Assembly: GCF_000018465.1 (NCBI RefSeq)
Contig: NC_010085.1
Coordinates: forward strand, 450,001-482,000
Origin: Nitrosopumilus maritimus SCM1
Lineage (GTDB): Archaea > Thermoproteota > Nitrososphaeria > Nitrososphaerales > Nitrosopumilaceae
Direction: 5' to 3'
Length of the DNA stretch: 32,000 nucleotides
Each line of letters opens with the position of its first letter. Position 1 is the first letter of the stretch. The translations under genes and the position numbers were made by a program. A model generated the notes under the pieces. The model did not search any database, was not told the origin of the DNA, and saw only the letters and a program-made list of their open reading frames with translations. Positions 26,711-32,000 of this stretch are shown here, piece by piece.

Positions 26711-27959
26711 TTAATTCTAGAGATTTTGTAACGACATCTGCCCCTTGAAGAAGACCAATACTTCCTTTCTTTGCTTGGGCTTCAGTCATTCTTGTTGTTC
26801 CGTCTTTTTTGATAAAATCTCCAGAAACAAGTACTGGAACTGGATCATCACTATGTCCTTTGTTGATACATGGAGTTGAATGGTCTGCAGAAATTACTAT
26901 TGCAACCTTGTTTGTATCTATATTCTCTACAAGTGTTTTGAAGAATCTTTGGTCAATCTCTTCTATGTTTTTCATCTTACCTATGGCATCGCCATCATGT
27001 CCAAATTCATCAGGGCCTTTAAGGTGAACATAGATTGAATTTTGTGTTTCCATTGCTTTTGCAGCAACCCTTGCTTTTTCTTCATAATCAGTCAGTCCTC
27101 CAGCTTCAAATGCTTTCATCTTTAGTACTTCTGAAATACCTAACTCTACTGGCATGTCTACAATGCATGAAAAATTCATACCATATTTTTCATTAATTGG
27201 AATCACATCTGGATACTTGTTTCCTGCATCTCTAAGTAAGATGCAACTAAGTTTCTTTTTTCCTTGCTCTTCACGTTTTTTATTGATTTGACTTTCTTTA
27301 CAAATACTGATTGCTTGATCTGAAAATTCATTTACAGTATTTGCAGTAGCTTTTGCATCCTCAACATCTTCTAACGGTAAACATTTCTCTATTTTCAAAA
27401 AGTCTCCAACAGCTTTTGCAACTCCCATGCCTCCAATGTTGCTGTATGCTGGGTCTGTGTTTGTAATTTTTGATGATAATTTTTCTGCACTGTTTCTGAT
27501 TCTAACTGTTACTCTGTGGCCTATTGTTGGTGATACGACAACAGATGTGTTTTGGTTTGAGAATTTTATCTTCTCCTCAATTTCTCTGGCTATTCCATCC
27601 GCATCTTCTTTTTCAATATGTCTCCCTGCTCTTCTATCTATGATGACTTCTTGATCATCTAATGTTGAATAATTTCCTCTTAGTGCAAGGTCTCCATCTT
27701 TAAAATCAATACCGATTCCTATTGCCTCAATAACTCCTCTACCTGCATAATCTTCATGCTTGAATTTGTATCCTAACATGTTGAAAACTGCAATATCTGA
27801 TTCAGGGGCAATTCCTTTTCCAACTGAAATTACTTCTCCTATTGCTCCATTACTGGCAATTTTGTCTAAAATTGGAGTATTTGCAGCCTCTAATGGTGTT
27901 TTTCCATCTAAATCTGGGTGTGGAAGGTCTCCTACACCATCTAATAGAACGTAAATCAT
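26694..27959 (-). CDS. apgM: 2,3-bisphosphoglycerate-independent phosphoglycerate mutase, archaeal type
   Basis: MIYVLLDGVGDLPHPDLDGKTPLEAANTPILDKIASNG...GYRVTVRI-like region...VHLKGPDEFGHDGDAIGK...VVISADHSTPC. ATG at 27959 or 27980. Confidence 0.95.
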   Translation of the reverse strand: MIYVLLDGVGDLPHPDLDGKTPLEAANTPILDKIASNGAIGEVISVGKGIAPESDIAVFNMLGYKFKHEDYAGRGVIEAIGIGIDFKDGDLALRGNYSTLDDQEVIIDRRAGRHIEKEDADGIAREIEEKIKFSNQNTSVVVSPTIGHRVTVRIRNSAEKLSSKITNTDPAYSNIGGMGVAKAVGDFLKIEKCLPLEDVEDAKATANTVNEFSDQAISICKESQINKKREEQGKKKLSCILLRDAGNKYPDVIPINEKYGMNFSCIVDMPVELGISEVLKMKAFEAGGLTDYEEKARVAAKAMETQNSIYVHLKGPDEFGHDGDAIGKMKNIEEIDQRFFKTLVENIDTNKVAIVISADHSTPCINKGHSDDPVPVLVSGDFIKKDGTTRMTEAQAKKGSIGLLQGADVVTKSLELIKSQT

Positions 27960-28208
27960 GTGAACATCTGAATTATCCAAGATCTTCCCTGTTTATCCAA
28001 GATCTGATGCTCTCCTTTAAAGCTTGCAACATATTTTGCGATCAAAATAACAATTAAGTTTCACTTTTTTCATTTCTGTTGAGAAATATTTTTTGATGAA
28101 ATTCGTATTTTATTATTTTTACAAAATCTTTACAAAAATATTTTTCAAATTGCGATATAGTTAGATCTTAGTAAACGTTTTAACAGACATTTACTGCAAA
28201 TTACAATT

Positions 28209-29225
28209 ATGGGAGATATGCGCAAAGACTATGTTTCTGAGCGTTTCATGATTGTCTCAAAAAAAGAAGACAAAGTAAAAGATCCAAAAAAATCTCCTTT
28301 TGCTCCTGGAAATGAATCTATGACAAATCCTTCTGTATTGTCTCTTGTTGCAAAAGATGGAATGCTACAAAGACTACAAGACAGTGATGATGAATTTGTT
28401 GAAGGATGGTCAATCAGAGTTTTTGAAAGTAAAAATCCAATCGTCTCAGTTGATACTGAAAACTCTTACAGTGATAGACCATTTTACAGCGAACCTGCAT
28501 ATGGATATCATTACGTTGTTGTTGCATCTCCAAATCCAAAGGATACTTTTGCAACCATTGACACTGAACAATGGTCAAACATCTTAGTAGTAGTTCAAGA
28601 TAGATTGAGATGGCTTTACACTCAAAAAGGTGTAACATATGTTTCAATTTACGCTGATCAAGGAGAACTTTCTGGCAGTGCAAATTCTCACCCTCATCTC
28701 AATATTCTTACCTTTTCAACAATCCCTCCTATTATTGAAGAAGAGGCAGAGGCATCTCACAAAATTCTAAATGAAAAGGGTGTATGCCCAATGTGTCAGA
28801 CTGTAAATGAGGAAATTGGTGGTCCTAGGCAAGTTCTTCAAACTGAAGGTTTTATTGCATTTTGCCCTTGGTCTCCATCCTATCCATATGAGTTTTGGAT
28901 TGCACCCAAGAAACACACTACTAGCTTCTCAAAGATTACTCAAAAAGAAATTAACGATTTGTCCTTGATACTTAGAGCTACTCTTGGTGGTTTGTCTCAA
29001 ACTATCAAAAATGTGTCCTACAATCTAGTATTCCACCTTTCTCCTGAGAAAAAGAATAGTAGACAAATTCATTGGCATATTGAAATTTACCCAATCACAA
29101 AATCTTGGTCTGGTTTGGAACGTGGTTATGGAATTTTCTTAAATGATATCTCTCCTGAAGAGGCTGCAGAAAAACTAGGTGCTGCTTGCAGAAAGGAACT
29201 GGCTAATCTAGTTGGAATTGTGTGA
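28209..29225 (+). CDS. Galactose-1-phosphate uridylyltransferase-like protein (HIT superfamily)
   Basis: DYVSERFMIVS..., CPMCQ, SANSHPHLNILTF, FCPWSPSYPYEFWIAPKKHTTSF, YNLVFHLSP, IHWHIEIYP. Confidence 0.87.
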   Translation: MGDMRKDYVSERFMIVSKKEDKVKDPKKSPFAPGNESMTNPSVLSLVAKDGMLQRLQDSDDEFVEGWSIRVFESKNPIVSVDTENSYSDRPFYSEPAYGYHYVVVASPNPKDTFATIDTEQWSNILVVVQDRLRWLYTQKGVTYVSIYADQGELSGSANSHPHLNILTFSTIPPIIEEEAEASHKILNEKGVCPMCQTVNEEIGGPRQVLQTEGFIAFCPWSPSYPYEFWIAPKKHTTSFSKITQKEINDLSLILRATLGGLSQTIKNVSYNLVFHLSPEKKNSRQIHWHIEIYPITKSWSGLERGYGIFLNDISPEEAAEKLGAACRKELANLVGIV

Positions 29226-29267
29226 TTTTTGAATAGTTTATTATTCAACTAACATCTTTGATAAATT

Positions 29268-29714
29268 ATGCAACTTGAGTATTGGTTAGGTCTTGGAAGT
29301 ATTGCATTTTTTGTATTATTTGTTCTTGTAGTAAGTTCACTTTACATTTTCATGTTTGATGATCCAAATACTTCTGATCTTCCAATAGATCCTGATAACT
29401 TTGCAAATCCAAAACTCCTCCAATTCATTTCAATTACTATTGCCCCTGGAGGAATTTTAGCTGCTGTTGCGTTCATATTGTCAAAGTATTATGGCTCCAA
29501 AAAAATTGGTGCGTTACTCATCATAGATGGACTTGTCTTACTTGGTGGAATGGCATTTTGTCAGACTCTGATTGATGATATTGCTGAACCATACATTACA
29601 GATACTGTCTTAATTTTACCGCCCTTGTTTATGGGATTGTCAATTCCTATATTCTTCTTTGGAATTCGTTTGATGAAAGTCAGAAAACCTCGTCCAAAAA
29701 AAGAATATTTCTAA
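29268..29714 (+). CDS. Four-TM hypothetical membrane protein
   Basis: 148 aa with about four hydrophobic segments. Confidence 0.65.
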   Translation: MQLEYWLGLGSIAFFVLFVLVVSSLYIFMFDDPNTSDLPIDPDNFANPKLLQFISITIAPGGILAAVAFILSKYYGSKKIGALLIIDGLVLLGGMAFCQTLIDDIAEPYITDTVLILPPLFMGLSIPIFFFGIRLMKVRKPRPKKEYF

Positions 29715-30148
29715 ATGTGATCAAACCTTAGTTCATTGGCCACTTGTTTGAATCCTAATTTCTCATAAAATGGCTTTACATCATCAGTACAATCTAAAAT
29801 TGTCTTGTAACAGCCTTGATTTTTGGCAATTTCCAGAAGATACTTCATAATTTTTTCACCAATTTTTTGCCCTTGAAAATTTTTATCCACCACTACATCT
29901 TCAATATGTCCTACTAGACCACCTTGATGAATGAATTTTTGTTCAATTAAAAGAGTAGTAGAACCTACTATCTTTCCCTCTATCTCTGCTACTGCTATGG
30001 TGTAGTCTGGGTTTGAATCAATTTTTTTGAAAATTTCTTTTGCTTTATTTTTATCAATATCACTTGCTTTTCTTAATGAATCAAGTGAAGTAAGAAAACC
30101 GTTATCCAAGTCTTCAATTCTTAATTTTCTTATGGTAGACTCGCTCAT
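29711..30148 (-). CDS. GNAT acetyltransferase, resembling eukaryotic-type GNA1 (glucosamine-6-phosphate N-acetyltransferase)
   Basis: FIHQGGLVGHIEDVVVDKNFQGQKIGEKIMKYLLEIAKNQGCYKTILDCTDDVKPFYEKLGFKQV. Confidence 0.85.
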   Translation of the reverse strand: MSESTIRKLRIEDLDNGFLTSLDSLRKASDIDKNKAKEIFKKIDSNPDYTIAVAEIEGKIVGSTTLLIEQKFIHQGGLVGHIEDVVVDKNFQGQKIGEKIMKYLLEIAKNQGCYKTILDCTDDVKPFYEKLGFKQVANELRFDHI

Positions 30149-30861
30149 TTTTTCCTCTTTTTAGATTTTTTTGCAAATTCTTCATTTGCTTGCTTGTATG
30201 ATTCCTTGTTTCCAATATCCATGAATCCTTTTTTTGTAATAAAACCTGAAATCATTTTTTTATTTTTCATTGCTTTTTTGATTACATCATCCATTCCATA
30301 TGGTTTGTTTTTTGGAATGTATTTCAAAACATTTGGCTCCATAACATAACATCCCATATTGATATTTGCTTTAATCTCTGGTTTTTCTTCCCAATTAGTT
30401 ACTTTGCCTGTTTTTGTGGTATTAATAACCCCATATTGCAAATTTGTTTTGTATTCATACAAACTCATGGTTGTAAATGCTTTCTTTGATTTGTGTTGTT
30501 TTATCATGTTTTTGAGACTAAAATCAAAAATTGAATCCCCATACACACAAACAAAAGTATCGTTGATAAAATCTTCTGCAGTTTTGAGTTGACCTGCAGT
30601 AGCTAGTGGTTTTTTTGAAACTGCGTATTCTATATTCACCCCAAATTTTTTTCCATCTTTAAAATAATCTTGAATTTTTTCTTTACGATAACTTACACAC
30701 AAAACTATTGACTTTACACCATTTCTCTTATTCCAATCAATTAGATGTTCTAGAATTGGCTTTTTACCTAATGGCAGCATGGGTTTTGGAGTTTTTAGCG
30801 TTAACGGACGCAATCTTGTGCCTAAACCCCCTGCTAAAATTACTGCTTTCACAAGTATCAT
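30145..30861 (-). CDS. Sugar-phosphate nucleotidyltransferase
   Basis: KAVILAGGLGTRLRPLTLKTPKPMLPLGKKPILEHLIDW...PLATAGQLKTAEDFINDTFVCVYGDSIFD...MGCYVMEP. Confidence 0.93.
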   Translation of the reverse strand: MILVKAVILAGGLGTRLRPLTLKTPKPMLPLGKKPILEHLIDWNKRNGVKSIVLCVSYRKEKIQDYFKDGKKFGVNIEYAVSKKPLATAGQLKTAEDFINDTFVCVYGDSIFDFSLKNMIKQHKSKKAFTTMSLYEYKTNLQYGVINTTKTGKVTNWEEKPEIKANINMGCYVMEPNVLKYIPKNKPYGMDDVIKKAMKNKKMISGFITKKGFMDIGNKESYKQANEEFAKKSKKRKK

Positions 30862-30907
30862 TTTGTATGTGAGTATTTATGTTCGAGGCTGATTTTATAT
30901 CAAAATC

Positions 30908-32000
30908 TTAACCTTTAATTTTTAATATTTTTTCTAAAACATTTTCTGGAGTTTTACCAAAAACAATAATCATTGGCTCTTTTCCAAAATCCCCTTTATG
31001 AAAAATCACATCCGGGATTTTTTTCGAATTTTTTATTGCAGAATTTATTCCCCATCTAATCGTAGAACCTTTAATTTTAACATGTTTTGGTTCTTTACTA
31101 CGATCATAACTGCTAACTTCTAACTTTGATTTTTTAATTTTTGATAATGTTGTACTTTGATATTTTAAATTAATTGCAGAACAAATTCCTGGATATTTTT
31201 TATTCATTGATAACAATGCAGTTGCCACATGTTTTGAACCTCCATACTTTAAATCCCCTGCAACAAGAACGTTTGTTCCAGCTTTTACAATTCTTCCTGA
31301 AATCCCCAAAACATCTTTTGTAGATTTTGGTCTTTGTTTTGAGAATACAAAATTTGTTTGGCACTCTGGAATATTTTTGTAAATTCCTTTTAATTTTATA
31401 AATTTGGTTATTGCTGATGATAATTCATCTTCAATCTTATTTTTACTTTGTATATCAGTAATGGCAATACCCTTTCCAATTTTTTTTGCATTTTTTATTG
31501 ACTTGTATGTGAATTTCTTTGCAAAATATAGTGATTCTTTGATACTTTTCTTTTTTGCAAGTGAATACACTACTGCAGCTGAGTGGATGCATCCACTGCC
31601 GTGATTAATTTTTGGGATTTTTTCACCTGAAATGATATATTTTGAATTTTTTTCTAGAACAAAATCTGACACTTTCTTTTTTTCTTCAATTCCTGTAATT
31701 GTGACATTTTTTGCTCCCATATTTTGAATCTCTTTTGCCACTTTTTCAGGCGTGTTTTTTGTTGAAATTTTCATTTTTGTAAGTAACTCTGCTTCTTTTT
31801 TGTTTGGTGTAATTATTGTTGCAAGTGGAACGATGTATTTTTGAAAATCTTTCCTTGCATTATTTTCTATTAAACTTCCTCCGGTGGTTGATCTTATTAC
31901 TGGATCAACTACAATTGGAATTTTTAATTTTTTTAATTGTTGGTGTATTATTTTGATAATTTTTGAATTGTATACCATTCCAATTTTAACTCCATTAATT
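30908..32000 (-). CDS. thiD: ThiD-ThiN fusion (HMP-P kinase + thiamine-phosphate synthase), 5' end beyond the window
   Basis: IPIVVDPVIRSTTGGSLI...ATIITPNKKEAELL...NHGSGCIHSAAVVYSLAKKKS, then a ThiN domain (ISGRIVKAGTNVLVAGDLKYGGSKHVATALLSMNKKYPGICSAINLKY...DVIFHKGDFGKEPMIIVFG). The frame is open to the window edge (...INGVKIGMVYNSKIIK). Confidence 0.9.
   Translation of the reverse strand, partial: INGVKIGMVYNSKIIKIIHQQLKKLKIPIVVDPVIRSTTGGSLIENNARKDFQKYIVPLATIITPNKKEAELLTKMKISTKNTPEKVAKEIQNMGAKNVTITGIEEKKKVSDFVLEKNSKYIISGEKIPKINHGSGCIHSAAVVYSLAKKKSIKESLYFAKKFTYKSIKNAKKIGKGIAITDIQSKNKIEDELSSAITKFIKLKGIYKNIPECQTNFVFSKQRPKSTKDVLGISGRIVKAGTNVLVAGDLKYGGSKHVATALLSMNKKYPGICSAINLKYQSTTLSKIKKSKLEVSSYDRSKEPKHVKIKGSTIRWGINSAIKNSKKIPDVIFHKGDFGKEPMIIVFGKTPENVLEKILKIKG

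Noticed and set aside
1-32000. Possible defence island, prophage, integrative element or novel multi-gene system
   Set aside because: I found no integrase, transposase, att-like repeats at the tRNAs, CRISPR array, toxin-antitoxin pairs or compositional break; nearly every gene is a recognisable housekeeping family or a small conserved-looking hypothetical.

Overview
This window looks like ordinary core chromosome from an AT-rich thaumarchaeon (Nitrosopumilus-like ammonia-oxidising archaeon; lineage inferred from gene content). It is densely packed with housekeeping genes: pgk, a tetrapyrrole/heme cluster (hemB, hemA, a Met8-like gene, a fused siroheme decarboxylase, a chlorite-dismutase/HemQ-like gene), sufC, TFB, gar1, SRP19, eS8, scpB/scpA, an MqnA-like gene, aIF1A, a cold-shock protein, aIF5A, dph6-like, SRP54, pus10, eS27, eS24, apgM, galT-like and thiD-thiN. 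I found no CRISPR array, prophage, transposon or obvious defence system. I added several items missing from the ORF track: two intron-containing tRNA genes, Leu(CAA) with a ~16-nt intron and Tyr(GUA) with a ~50-nt intron; a well-formed C/D-box sRNA candidate immediately after aIF5A; eS27; and two microproteins, a 32-aa basic peptide and a 40-aa C2H2 zinc finger. Other points worth a look are a coiled-coil protein with a histone-H1-like tail encoded by near-perfect 60-bp tandem repeats, a G11/C11 homopolymer abutting the TFB stop codon, and an uncharacterised HExxH protein. I see no convincing evidence of a wholly new multi-gene system.
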